A stretch of DNA of 64,000 nt from Octopus bimaculoides (GCF_001194135.2 NC_068984.1:39130657-39194656); one strand, 5' to 3'; positions 51,025-64,000 are shown, counted from the stretch's first letter. The notes: generated by a model not told the origin, from the sequence alone. Made by a program: numbers and translations.

Positions 51025-52560
51025 AGAAGTCACCGGACCTTCTTCATCTTTGAGTATTTCTTCATTTTTGGTTCTTCGTTTATGCTGGTGCCTATGATGG
51101 ATGGCAAGACTGATTTTTCTGTGGAACAATTGTTAATGGAGGTCACATCTGATGGTTGATGAAGCATCTTGATTGGAGTCAGTAGATCTTTTGTCAAAGA
51201 CATTTATCCTGTTTATTTCTTCAATGATGTTCCTCAAAATGTTCTAAACTGATTTTGATGATGTGATGCCACATTGTTCTGTCTTCTGCATGTTGCTCCC
51301 ATGTTGGTTTTCTTCATTGTCTGTTTGATTTGATCTTTGTAGTTTTGCATGCGACAGCTGCAGGATCTCCTGACAGTGTTGAGTTTACTGTAGGGAATTT
51401 GATGTGGCAGACTGATGCTATTCATGCAGTGGACAAGATCTGTCCATTTGAAGTGATGCAGTGGACAAGATCTGTCCATTTGATGATGACCTCAATGCTG
51501 TTGGCTTTGGCCTGTTCAAGGACTGCAAAGTTGATGACATAGTCCTCCCCATTTGATGTTCATAACTGATTGAAGTTTCAGTTCATGAAGTTGTTCCACT
51601 TTACAGATGTTCATGTGGTACAAAGTCTACATCTCTCAACTGTAAATGAAGATGGAAACAACTATGGCTTGATACACCACGAACTTGGTTTATTGTTTCA
51701 GGTTCTTGTTTCCAAAGACAGTGACATGGGCACCTCAAATCCTGTTCTTGATGCCTTTTATGGAGTTACATTGTGTAGAGAGCAAAGTGTGGGAACTGGT
51801 CTACTTCTTCCAGTGGTGTGTTAGAGATGGTGAAGTTGAAATCAGGAAGGATTGAGTTTGGGGCAGGGTGTGCAGGTACTTTGGTCTTCTGGCTGTTGAT
51901 TGCTAGACTGAGGTGACCACATGCATTTTTGAAGTTGTTGACTGATTTCTGCATTTCTTCAGGTGAATGAGTTGGCAAGGCATTGTCATTAGTGTACTTG
52001 CGGCTCAGTGACATAGATTTTGTTAGTCAGTCTTTGTGATTGAAGTCTGGACAAATTGTAAAGTCCACCATTGAAATGGTACATGATTCATATGCCAGGG
52101 TTGTTTGATGGGATTTTGTGTATTATGGCTTCAAGGGCCCACAAAGATAAAGTTGGGGCAAGTGCATCTCTTTGCTTTAAGCTATTGGTGATTAGGGAAT
52201 CTGATATGTTCTTTTGATGTGCTATCCATGCCATCATGGATGAGTGACATAAAATGATCAGGGCAACTGAATTCGTTCTGTGCCATCCACATAGCAGTGT
52301 GTGGTATGGTATTGAAAACTTCAGAAATTCATATACTTGTATCAAAGAACTACACGGCCCTATATGAGCCTCAACAAGTACTTTGAAGACTGCCAGAGCA
52401 TCCTAAACCACTGGAGGGAACACGTCAGGAATCTCCTAAATAGGAACTCCATTGTAGCAGAATATTTTTTTAACAATGCTTCAACATCTTCCTCAATCAT
52501 GGATGTCGAGCCCGCCATCTTTTTGTGAATTCTGTGACACTATCAAATAGATGAAACCAA
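51025..52560 (-). mobile_element. BovB-like RTE LINE relic with inverted 5' segment
   Basis: Minus strand: LKQRDALAPTL, YTNDNAL...AINSQKTKV...LEEVDQF, LPHQIPYSKL...YKDQIKQTMK. Plus strand 52340-52560: ILNHWREHVRNLLNRNS (EN-RT linker). Confidence 0.78.
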
Positions 52561-52945
52561 AGAGTTAATAAAAAACAAAACAAAAAAAGCAACAAAAATG
52601 GATATTTGAGTTAATTCTCTTAGATCTGTTTCTAGGCGTGTCAGTGACCCTCTTTATGTGGGTATGTATTTTTGTATGCAGATGTTTGTGTGCATGGACA
52701 ACCTAAATCCTAGAACACTGAATTATTTCCCTTGACATACAACTGTTATGTAATCAGTGTATCCAACCTGGAATAGCTATACGATTGAAACTAATCGTAA
52801 TTTGTTTCCTTCTGCTGGCCTGTTTGAAGAATATCTCAGGAGAAAGGATATGAGACTTTGAACAATGGAATGCTGTAAACTGGAACTATAATCTCACATA
52901 TTAGACATTCACTCAATCTGGGTACTTACAAGCATAATCAATTAA

Positions 52946-53001
<56 letters not shown>

Positions 53002-53451
53002 CTATGTTTTAAAAGGAGCTCATGACAAAATTAGTTTTAAAAAAAAGTTTGAAGCACAAATGAAGCAGTTTTGATCTCGCCAGTAGCTTAACTGGTTGCT
53101 AAATCTGGATTAGGACGTATACCATTTGAAGAAGAAAAGGGGGGAAAAAAATCTCTAGAATGGTATGTGAAGATGAAGTATATTGTACCAGTTTGGAATT
53201 GAATTTCAAAGCAGTGGATGTTGTTAAGCAGGTATGTTTTGTGGTATTTATTTTATTATTCAGTGATTGATTAAAAAAAAAAAAAATGCGAGGAAATTGA
53301 TTCCACCAAGAATATCTTCATTTTCTTCAAACACCAGAGAAATAAACATTTGATGAGAAATGTTACATGTTTTTCTTTTTTTAGTTTTCGTACATAATAA
53401 AGATGTCTGCTAAATTAAAAACAAACGAACATTATTTATTGCATTATTCAG

Positions 53452-53502
53452 GCCTTTATTCTGTGGACAGTCAGAAATTCACCAGTTAGCAAAAATATTT
53501 GA
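53452..53502 (+). CDS. CDK4/6: CDK4/6 coding exon 5 (PLFCGQSEIHQLAKIF-E)
   Basis: Acceptor cattattcag; donor GA|GTGAGT at 53503; 51 nt, phase 2-2; matches the PLFxGxSxxxQLxKI motif. Confidence 0.93.
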   Translation, partial: AFILWTVRNSPVSKNI

Positions 53503-55451
53503 GTGAGTAAAATTCTTGCTTTATTAAACTGTGAAATGAAATTATCTGGTATTTACCTTTAATTAACAAGCTTTATTCAGTGACTTATGCTTCCAAAATA
53601 ATGGTATTCATAATATTTAAGAAAATGGCTAGTATTGCTTTTGAAAACTGTTGGCAATGCACTATGTTTATGCCTACTTTTGCAATTTAAAAATACCATT
53701 TTTTTATTTCACCAAAAGTTGCTTCCTTCAGTTAATAAAATGGTATTCTCTATATATTTCTACTTTTTATTTACTGTACTGTTCCTTATATTACATGAGC
53801 AATACATCCAAGAAATCTTCTTAAACCTTAGAAAACTTGCAATAGCAGCATCTCAAATCTCCAAGGTTACTATTATTTAAGAATTTACTGTATAAGTACT
53901 TTGACATAGAAATTACTATTGAATTTTGTTGTTAGGTTATTTTAATTTTGGTGCTTTAGCATAGAAACTAGTGTTCAAAGCCTATTTTCTTAGAGAAGAA
54001 AACTGTAGTTTACTGGCAGAGTGTTAATGCAGTTAATTTTGTATCTTAAGACAGCAGTGGAGACACACTGACTCTTTGTATGTTTCATAGAAATTATGGA
54101 GTAGGACATTATAAATATGGTTGGATATGAAAAGAAGCATGAAGCAGAATTGGTAGTTTTTACAGAGAAGGATGGTATGATGCATTAGTAAGCTATGGAT
54201 TTGCAGTTGTTGATAAGGGAATGTTTGCAAATTATGCATATTATTTTTGCTTATGATATTTCTGTTTTTTCAAGTACATTATTTGTTAAAGTGATGTTCC
54301 AAATATGAAAACAGTAATTTCTGTGAGATAAATTTGTATGGGTAAATGTGAAGTACTTTTAAGCTAAATTGATTTTAACCAACAACAGCTTGAAGTTTCA
54401 GAACCAAAATATGAACATTTACTGAAATGTTAGGTAACAGTTACTTGAGGACTAACTAGCTATAAGTCACTGATTAAATAGAACTTAATCAATGACTTTA
54501 TAGCTAGCTAGTTCTTAATTAGTTTTTAATAATGAATAATATTTTGTAGGCAAGAAGTTATTTTATATTAATTCTCTTTTGTGAGTGAGATCCCTGACTT
54601 AAAATAGCACATTCCACCTTGCTGTTTAGAAATATAGCAAGGGGTATAGCTTACTATTATAAACATTAGGAACATGAGTGAACAAGTAGAACTTACAGCT
54701 GTGAACAGTAGGAATGTAATTATACCCTGAGGACAAATTTTCCTGTGGTCTTAGAGAAAACTACATAAGCACATCTATTAAACAACTATTACAAAACAAA
54801 GTTTTTAGAGGTACTGTATCCTGCATTAGATTTATCAAAATTAATTATGTTTTTGACAATATTTTCATTAAATTTTAGATATCACTGTTGCTAAATTAAC
54901 ATATTTTTGTTATGGTTTAAAAACGACACCTTTAATTGTTAAAGGTATTGTTTTTAGAATGTAACTCCATCATTCTATGTATGGAAGTAGCATTTTATGT
55001 GAGAATAGCATTTTATGATGTTTTAGTTGTGAAAGATTTCATGTTCAATATTGTGTTCTTAAGAGTTTACAAGTAGTTGTTATGTCTGTATGAGCTTTGT
55101 ACAGTAGCCTTAACAACATTATGTTCATGTAATTTTTATTATATCTTAAAATTAGAGTAGTATTTGATTTACAAAAACCTATCAAACAGACACTATTTGT
55201 TATTCTAACATTCCAATTTTGTTTCCAGTTAATGCAAAACAATTTTGAGCTAAGAAGAACATTTCAATGCAATTATGGATAAGAGATTAGGGAAATAGAC
55301 TAGGCCAGTGTGAAAGTGAATGAAAGAAAGGAAATATTAAAGAAGACAAATATGGAAAAAGTGATGCGATACATAGATGATATTAGTCCTGAGTTATAAC
55401 TGAAAGATAGCACTCAGCAAACAAAGGCTGGAAAATTTATAGAATGTGGTT

Positions 55452-55670
55452 TTAACCCTTCAGCATTCAGTATTACTAGGTCAAATGTGATACTTATTTA
55501 TCCATCATTTTTAATTAATTGTGTATTATCTCATAGCTTTGAGATTTCAATGCTGTAATTGTTTATTTTTAGAATGACATTGTAGGGTAGGTGTAAAAGG
55601 CTGGATCTGGCTGATAAAGGAGGTAGAATATTTAGGCTGGATATAGCCAGTTTAAATTCTAAATGGTTAA
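55452..55670. mobile_element. piggyBac-like (TTAA) MITE, family 1; other copies at 27324-27550 and a partial near 13900-13990
   Basis: TTAA-CCCTTcagcatt ... aaattctaaatgg-TTAA; internal sequence shared among copies. Confidence 0.7.
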
Positions 55671-56394
55671 ATAGAAATGACCATCTTGATAGAAAGTTGA
55701 AGAAAAAGAGTAATCTTTAAGATATTAAAAATAGAGCTATATAACTATAATGAATGTTAATGTATATACAATGGGTAAATTGATTCTAAAAGTCTTGAAA
55801 GGATTTAGTGGTACCTAGTGTATATGTGTTCTGAGTTCAAATACCATTAAGGATAAGTTTTATCATGATAAAATAAATATCAAGAATGTTAAAGCTCAAA
55901 TGCTCTGAGGTAAGATTCTGGATAATTTCATGATTATGAGTTCAAATCTCCCTAAAACTATTGATTTGTATGCTTAGGCTGGTTTCAGTTTGTCTAGCTG
56001 ACAAGATCCACTCCTTCATGGTTGAGTGGTTAGTAATTATAGTGCATTGAAGGGTAAAGATGATTGTTTAGGTAATATGAAAGTGCTCAAATTGTGATAA
56101 GCTTTGCCTTCATTGCATGCATAGAAACTTAAATGTAAAATAAAATGCATAAGGTTTGAATGAATGAATGGATTATAGCCAGCAATACTTAGGAAATTAG
56201 TTTTCTATTCAAAATAGAAAATACAACCCATGCTAGCATGGAAAGCGGACGTTAAACGATGATGATGATGATTTTGCAGACAACTGAAGATTTGAACCTA
56301 CTTTTCTAAAAAAAATTATTATTTATTCTTTTATATCTATTCCATCTCAGTTCATGGATTACCACTATTATAACTATTATATCTACTCCTTCAG

Positions 56395-56530
56395 AATTCT
56401 TGGATTACCATCCAAAGAAGAATGGCCAGAAAACGCAGTTTTACTATGGAGCTCATTTACTCCTCAACTGAAAAAACCTTTAGAAGAATGTGTTCGTGAA
56501 ATAGGACCTCTTGCCAAGGAATTATTAACG
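56395..56530 (+). CDS. CDK4/6: CDK4/6 coding exon 6 (ILGLPSKEEWPENAVLLWSSFTPQLKKPLEECVREIGPLAKELLT)
   Basis: Acceptor ctactccttcag; donor ACG|GTGAGT at 56531; 136 nt; GLPxxEEWP motif. Confidence 0.95.
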
Positions 56531-58199
56531 GTGAGTTTTACTTACAAATACATAAATTTACCAGTTGGTTGGGAATTGAACGGTTAATAGAAGCATCAAT
56601 GGCTCATCTCCAGTGGTTGTATTGTATTCATGGGTAAATCTAAAAAATACTAAAACGCGATTTTAGCTTAAAAAAATATAAATGATAAAAAGTTTTACAG
56701 GGAGATTACTCCTACGCATTTTAGTGTATTTTTATTGTTTTGGTGAAAAAGAAACTTGACAACTGAATTATCTAAACAATTGCATTGGTAAGAAAGTAAA
56801 TAATATATGAAAGTCAGCATCCAGTGGATTACAATACGCATATCCATTTTGACATATACCTTCATGCACATATATTTCATAAGTTCAAATCCTACCTGAG
56901 TTCTTCACCTTTTTTTTTCCATTTGAGTTTGATAAAATGAGTAACAATCAGTGTAATCAAAACTATATCCTAAAAGAATCTATCTCACCATAGTCACAGT
57001 CCCATAAAATAATTCTGGTTAAGAAGTTTGCTTTGCATTTGTGGTTTTGATCTTGATTTTAATGCATTTTGGGTGTCTTCTACCATCATCATCATTATTT
57101 AATGTCCAGGTTCTGTGTGGGTATGGGTTTAGATAGACTGACATCAAATGGGCCCAAGGACTGCATTGTACTCTGCTTTAGCATGTTTTCTATGGTTGGA
57201 TAGTCTTCTGAATGCCAGTCACTTTACAGCAGGTACAGGGTGCTCTTTTTAGGCCACAGTGCAAAGACTAAGAACCTTGATGGAGAGAGCAACTTTATGC
57301 TAAGAGATGAGTAAAGAGGAGTAAAGTATTAGAGAAAAGGGCCAGAGCAGAATAGGTTTCTTGCTGTTGATAGCTACATAGCTACTCATATCTTAGAAGA
57401 GAGGATGCAACTAATTGAATGGAGCTGGAGAGCAATAAGGAAATAATGATGATGTCAGTGTATGAGTTGGGTAGAAATGAGTGGGGTGTAGGGACCAGGA
57501 ATGAGGGAAGGAGTAGAGATGACTGACAGTGTGGGAGCAGCAGAATAGTAATGATAAAGGATGAGAGAAAGAGATGACGTGGTTGGGTCAATTGCAGGAG
57601 TGGATGGGGAAAAGAGAGAGTGTATGAGAAAGGTGAGATGTTAGGTGGAGGGTGTGGAGAGATAATTTGGTGGGTTAGTGTTGGGGTAGCTCATCAATGA
57701 AAATGAGAGTTGGGAGAACAGTATTAAAAGATGAAGGATGGATAAGAAGTAAAATGATTCCATATTGTAAGAAAAGTAAGTGGTGTCAAGGAAGAACTGC
57801 AGTTTGGGAGGTGATTGGTGGTGGTGAGGGTGTCTTGAAGAAGAAGGAAATTGAACAAGGGTTATTTGTGTGTGTATGTATGTATATATAAAAAATTAAC
57901 ATAAGCAACTAGCCGCAATACAAAGCCATGTAGGAGTAATTTGGTCATCACTAATTGTGATTGTGGGTGCTAAGAGCACAGTTATTGCTAGAAATAAAGA
58001 GTTAAAACACTTATAGCTGTGTGAAAAACATTTATATCCAGTGACAGGGTAGATAACTGCCTCATGGGCATAGCTAGAGCACTGGACAGCAGTTTCATCC
58101 TGTAATTGGGACTTCTTAGCAGTGTCATTCCATTGCTTTGATGGATCAGTTAAATTCTTCCTTCAGTATATATATTTACCATATTATTTTGTGACTCTT

Positions 58200-60960
58200 C
58201 CACAGGTTCCTTCCACTGTTAGGGAGTGACACTTCTTCACATAGCTCTCCTCATCCATACACAGCACATGACCATACCAGTGTAGTTGTCTCTCTTGTAC
58301 ACTACATCTGATGCTTCCTATGTCCAACATTTCTCTCAGGGTGCTTACACTCTGTCATGTGCACACTGACATTATACATCCAGCGGATCATACAAGCTTC
58401 ATTTCTTTCAAGCCTATGCATGTCTTCAGCAGTCACATACCATATTTCACTGCCATGTAGCATGGCAGTTCGCACACATACATCATGCGATCTACCTTTC
58501 ACTCTGTGTGAGAGGCCCTTTGTCACCAGTAGAGGTGGGAGCTTTCTGAACTTTGCCCAGGCTATTCTTATTCTAGTGGCAACGATCTCCGAGCATCCAC
58601 CCCCCACTACAGACTTGGTCACCTAGGTAGCGGAAGCTATCGACTACTTTTAGTTTTTCCCCCTGGCATGTGATGGAATCAGTTTTATGAACATCTGCAG
58701 TGTTTATTGCCCCTGTGCATCTGCCGCACACAAAAGCTATCTTCCTGGTTAACCTTCCTTTGAGTTGCTGCATCTCTTATGCCGGAAGGGGTTTGTGATG
58801 TGTTCACCTTTCTACTTAATAGGACTTTGGGTTTTGCAACATTGACTATAAGGCCCTTTGATTCTAAACCTTACTTCCACACCTGAAACTTCTCCCCTGT
58901 AGTTATTTCTACCTAAAGCATCACCTTTACATTTGTAGCAGTTGACTATGGCGCTGCTATGCTAATCATTAGGTATGATTCCTTCATGAACTACCTGGTT
59001 CTCAATACAGGTGACTAGACCATAATCCATACCACCAGATATTTTGAGCATTTCAACAGTGATTCCTGATGGCCTGGGGGCTTTTCCTGACTTCATATCC
59101 TTACTTCCTTTATCTACCAGAGTGCTATCTATTTGGGTAGCTGGTCCCTCTACTGAGTCAACATTTGGCAGGCTCTCCTCCTCCCATTCATGCTCCACAT
59201 TTAGCAGCCTTTCATAATGGCTTCTCTAAGCCTCTTTCTTTGCATAATCATTAAAAGCAAGTGCACCATCTTCCATGCAGACACATTTCTCTCCTATGAC
59301 ATCACAATTTTCTCTCACAATCCGAAATACTTCAGTTCTTTGGTCCTCATGTCACTGAACATTGGCAAACTTCTTTTCTGCTTCTCCCTTGGCTATGTAT
59401 ACCTGTCGCCCAGCCTCTTTTCTAGCTGTCTGGTACAGTTCCCTGCTACCCCCACTCTTCCAGGCTTTCCAGGCCTGTTCCTTTGCTCTGATGGCCTTGT
59501 CTACAGTATTATTCCACCACCACATTACCCTAGGTCTGGAAGGGACTTTGCGCCAGCTGCAGATGTGGTCTGTGGCACTCAGTAAGCTGTCCCGTAGGAA
59601 TTTCCAGTTATCCTCTATGCCCGAAGTCTGTACCTCCTCCTCACCTCTCATCAAATTTCTCAATGAGGATGTCTCTAAATCTCTGACCTTGTGAAGGGTT
59701 CTTTAGCTTCCAAATCCTTCTTTTCTGTATTGGTCAGCTTCTTGGCATCCTTCTGGCCTTGAGTCTAAAGTCACTAATAACTTGTCTATGCTGGGGGGGG
59801 GGGGTAAATTCTTCACCAGGGAGGGTCTTTGTATTTAAGAGCAACCTTGTATCTCACTGTCTGGTGAGGATGAAATCAATCTGACTAGCAGAGTCACCTA
59901 ATTGATAGGTTATCAGGTGGCTGTCTGGCTTCCTGAAGTTAGTGTTGCAGATTAATAGGTTGCTTGCATCACAGAACTCCAGTAGCCTAGTTCCCTCTTC
60001 GTTTAGGGAACCAATTCCATGGCCCCAGTGAACACCAGGGAAGATACCGGAATGCTGTCTGACATGTCCATTAAAATCTCCAGCCACAAAGATGAGGTCA
60101 TTGCCACTCATTTTTGAGGTAGCCTGTAGAAGGGTATCATAAAAGGGATCCTTCTGATCATTTGGTAGGCCTGCTTGTGGGATGTAGGCAGAGATAATTG
60201 TAGCTACACTATTCTGCAAGACTATCCTAAGCTTAAGCACTCTATTGTATACCCTGACTATCTCTATGACCTTATCCACCCATTTCTCCACTAGGAGTAT
60301 GCCCACACCCCTACTCCATCACTGTTACCTTCCCAGAAGATTTTATACCTATGTGCCTTGCCTGTGAGGACCTTTGCTGAAGCTCCTCTCCACCTTACCT
60401 CTTGAATGCAGCATAGATCAACACATCTCTGTTCAAGCATCTCTACAATCTCACAAGACCTTCCTTTCAGTGTGCCTACATTGACAGTGCTGACTCTGAA
60501 AACTGGGAAAGAGATATGGGAGGTAAAACAGGAAGGAGAGATGATATTCAGTACCTGAAAAGAAGGCTCCCGTGATCGTTTGGTAGCAGATGTCATAATA
60601 GTTGTTCTTGCTTTTAACCTACCGTCATTCAAACATGTTAGAATTGTTAAGGTTGTTGCCTCTATTGGGCGTGGGGTGGGGAGTGAGCAAACATTGTATA
60701 TGAAAGTGTTTGGGGTGTTGTAAATATAAGCGTTATGAGCATTGTGGGTGTAAGCATTACTGATGCTGCAGATATAAATGTAGGAAAAAAAACCATAGGT
60801 GAGTGGGCTGCTATCTGGTTTAGTTAGTCTAGCGATGTGGGGAAGAGAGAAGGGAAGGGCAACTGAATGTCCAGTAAGACAAAGAGATTTCTGGTACTGG
60901 CAGTGGGGGTGGTTAAAGGTGGGCACAACCACTGACATCAAAGGTTATTTTAAGGGGTAG
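58200..60960 (-). mobile_element. RTE-clade LINE with APE endonuclease domain and internally deleted RT
   Basis: TVNVGTL, LCCIQEVRW, IISAY, GDFNGHV, ICNTNF and QIDFIL (APE); linker KAPRPSGIT; NYRG fused directly to KFQVWK. Confidence 0.9.
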
Positions 60961-61429
60961 TGCAAACAATAAAGATCATTTTAGAGAAAAGTACGAAATA
61001 TGTATATACATGTAACCAAGAATGAGGCGATTAAAAGCAAGAGAAATTCTTAGCTTTGCTGTGCATATTTTCGAGTGTCCTCAAGTGGCCAAACCTAAAA
61101 ATTGACTAAAGTAGGTGATTAAAGACAATTACTAAAACATATCAGTTGACTAAAACATTTTTACCCATCGATTAAAAAAATATATCAAAATAGTCAGTTC
61201 TTAAAAATGAAGTAATCCATGGTAGGTCCGGTATCCAAGGAGCGTAAGATAGTTCCAAAAAATGGCAAGTCAAAATCTACATCTATGGCCATTTTGGGAG
61301 TTCATTGCTGCAATCTTATTGCAAGTTAAAGTGTATCTCAGCAATGAGCCCCTCATCAGGATAAACAGAACTCTCTAGGAATTTCACACTCAAGTAGTTC
61401 ACAAGAATTACAATATGGGCGCAATTCTT

Positions 61430-62619
61430 ATTTATAACCTTTAGTAGGACCACTCAAAAATTTCTAACTAAAAAATAAAAACAAAACGCTATTTTATTTT
61501 ATGGCTAACCATAAAATAGTACTTGAATACTGGAGGTAGAGTAATATGCTTTATTAAAACTGCAAAAACATCACAAAAACTGTTACTCAGAGTTTCATAT
61601 TCCTGTTCATCAGGCAGTTGTAATCCAGATAGAAACGTATCACCAGTATCAAAGCATAAAAAGCATTCTAAACACTCTGAAATCACTAGAACACCTGAAT
61701 TTATCCAGCAAGTTCAACAGACCATTAATTACAATCCCAGAAAGTCCATGAGGTCAATTGCAAAAGATCTCCATGTGTCAGGAGGAACAGTTAGATATAA
61801 GATATAAGTCTTATAGGATGAGGAAAGGTCAATTTGTCAGAAAAAGCAAAAGAAAATCACTACATTAGATCTAAAAGGCTCTTAAACAAACTGAAAAATC
61901 TAGCAGGAGAAGATTTGATTTGGTTTTTCTCAAACAAGAAAAACTACAACCAAAATCAATAAGTTAACAGAAGAAATGACAGATAGTTATGTGCAGACCC
62001 TTCTGAAGTTCCAAGTGTTATGCATACAAAATTTCCTGCAACTGTCATGGTTTTAGGGGTTGTCAGCAATGAAGGACATGTGATGCTTCCATACTTCTTT
62101 CCACATGGCCTTAGAGTTAACTCTGCCACCTACATTGAGGTCCTGGAAATAATTGTTAAGCCCTGGATAAACAGTGTATGCAATGGAAGGCCATATGTGT
62201 TTCAGTAAGACTCTGTACTATCACACATGGCTCTAGTAACAGGAATGGATGGCAGAAAATTTTCATGATTACATAATCCCTAACATTTGGCCTCCTAATT
62301 CCCCAGATCTCAATCCATTGGACTATACATGTGGAGAGGTCAATGAACATGCCCATAACACCAAAGATTCTTTGAAAGCTGCCATGGTCAGAGTAATGTC
62401 CAAAATGAACCTGGATCACTTGATTTGAGCATGTAGATGATTTAGATCCCATATAGAAGCAGTTGTTGAAGCTGAAAGGGGCTTTATTGAATAACATTAT
62501 AGAAAAGAAGGTTTATTTTTATCTTTATAGCATTTTTGATAAGTAAAGTTACCTGTTATTATATATCTGTCTTTTTGTAAACATAAATCTGTCCTCAAAT
62601 ATCTTATGCACCCTCTGTA
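61430..62619 (+). mobile_element. Second maT-like (DD37D) Tc1/mariner relic, left end not found
   Basis: Fragments RTPEFIQQVQQTI...RSIAKDLHVS (HTH), HTKFPATVMVLGVVSNEG...GRPYVFQ*DS and WPPNSPDLNPLDY; TIR-like end ...atcttatgcaccctctgta. Confidence 0.85.
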
Positions 62620-63183
62620 TGTGTGTGTATATATATATCATCATCATCATCATCATCGTTTAACGTCNNNNNNNNNNNNNNNNNNNNNNNNNNNNNNNNN
62701 NNNNNNNNNNNNNNNNNNNNNNNNNNNNNNNNNNNNNNNNNNNNNNNNNNNNNNNNNNNNNNNNNNNAAACAACATTCCATCTGTTGTATTTTTAATCAT
62801 TTTTCAGACTTGAGTATCTAAGATACATTATCTAACATCTCTTATCTTTTAAAACGGTGGGCTGTGATGTAGGAGAGATTTAGCTTCAATTTCACGCTGT
62901 TCCTACAATCACGTACATTTTATGTTTCTATTGTTGTAATTTAAAAGAAAATGAGCTGAAAGAAACTACTCAGAATGACCGTTGGCATGTACAGTTGAAT
63001 AAAAAGACAAATACAAGTATATTTCTCAAAATACAATGCTTATATACCAAAAAGATTTTATAACATTTCTCTGACATAATTTAAATATATACTTTAACCA
63101 TGTAACACAAGCCTTCTGTAGTTTTTTCACTCTTATTATCTTTTATACATCCAACCACATGCTTTCACATACCAACTTTCTCA

Positions 63184-63233
<50 letters not shown>

Positions 63234-63279
63234 GAATGCACACTAATACATACATACACACATACATACAAATACCAGT

Positions 63280-63674
63280 CAATCTTTTTCAAATATGATC
63301 CACAGTCAAACATTTATTCCCTACAAACTGTGAGTTTGTAGGGAATTCTATCAGTGGTTGAAACAATATGTAATAGGAGTAGAAAGAGTAAATTAGATTG
63401 TTTTAAAGGGGAAAATGATTTTGTATGTAGTTTTATCGATTTTTTTCATAATTAGGTGTTATTTTGACCGAAAAAATGACCCTATGACCTACATTATTCT
63501 ATTGTTACCCCTTAGTGAGAGTGTTGCAATGCTCTTTGCAGGGTTTTCTATCCAGTTGCAAATCGATTGGTTGGGCGTAAACTTATATCAATCTTTGCCT
63601 CAGTAATCATAATTGAGCAGAATCGAGTACTTTAAAGCAATTAAGCCCCGAGCAACCCCGGGCACTTCTGCTAG
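63280..63674 (+). mobile_element. Helitron-like element, 3' end clear and 5' boundary uncertain
   Basis: gccccgagcaaccccgggc hairpin (63645-63663) followed by CTAG|T at 63671-63675. Confidence 0.55.
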
Positions 63675-63681
63675 TATACGA

Positions 63682-63926
63682 ATAAAAAATTAAAAAATTA
63701 GGGAATGGAGTTAATAGAATCCAACCTGCATATGTTTCATAGCTAGCGGAACCTCGGAAGTAGTAAACTATCCAAACGAGAGGTAGACCGCAAGCTACTT
63801 CATATAATCATAGAATCCTTGGCCTGAAGAGTAACTCACGTTTAAATAATTTACTACTTCTGAGGTTCCGCTAGCTACGAAACATATGTAGCCTGGATTT
63901 TATTTGCTCTATTCCCTAATTTTTGA

Positions 63927-63932
<6 letters not shown>
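63682..63932. mobile_element. MITE with about 85-bp imperfect inverted arms (about 63682-63767 / 63850-63932)
   Basis: catatgtttcatagctagcggaacctcggaagtagtaaa mirrored by tttactacttctgaggttccgctagctacgaaacatatg; ends in (TA)n. Confidence 0.85.
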
Positions 63933-63976
<44 letters not shown>

Positions 63977-64000
63977 AACTTGCTTGGAAATGGATGAATG

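Noticed and set aside
56531-64000. Search for the final CDK exon (KxLxFNPxKRI...HPYF)
   Set aside because: No match found; it presumably lies beyond the window or in the 62668 gap.

Overview
Eukaryotic, AT-rich, repeat-dense genomic DNA with about 11 N-gaps. The repeat complement (RTE LINEs with (GAT)n tails, several tRNA-head SINE families, abundant microsatellites) suggests a cephalopod, most likely Octopus; this is inference. The only host protein-coding gene I can support is a + strand CDK4/6-family kinase. Six coding exons were assembled by hand: 8582-8826, 36899-37031, 44067-44234, 48210-48319, 53452-53502 and 56395-56530 (843 nt, 281 codons, no stop, all GT-AG). Intron phases and exon sizes match those I recall for vertebrate CDK4/CDK6. 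The last coding exon and the first non-coding exon were not found. The rest is intronic or intergenic DNA carrying two DD37D (maT-like) Tc1/mariner relics, many RTE LINE fragments, a BovB-like RTE with a 5' inversion, a Penelope-like relic, SINEs, hAT/piggyBac-like MITEs and Helitron-like elements. Most notable observations: a PHD-type zinc finger inserted inside the RTE reverse transcriptase; an atypical (CUGUUGA core) minimal hammerhead-like motif in two Penelope pLTR copies; a perfect 149-bp-arm palindrome in intron 2; and candidate regulatory features of the CDK gene (4-codon uORF, intronic poly(A) exon, two poison-type microexons, His-to-Tyr hinge change). I see no clear evidence of a wholly new multi-gene system. 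All splicing and RNA-structure candidates are unvalidated.
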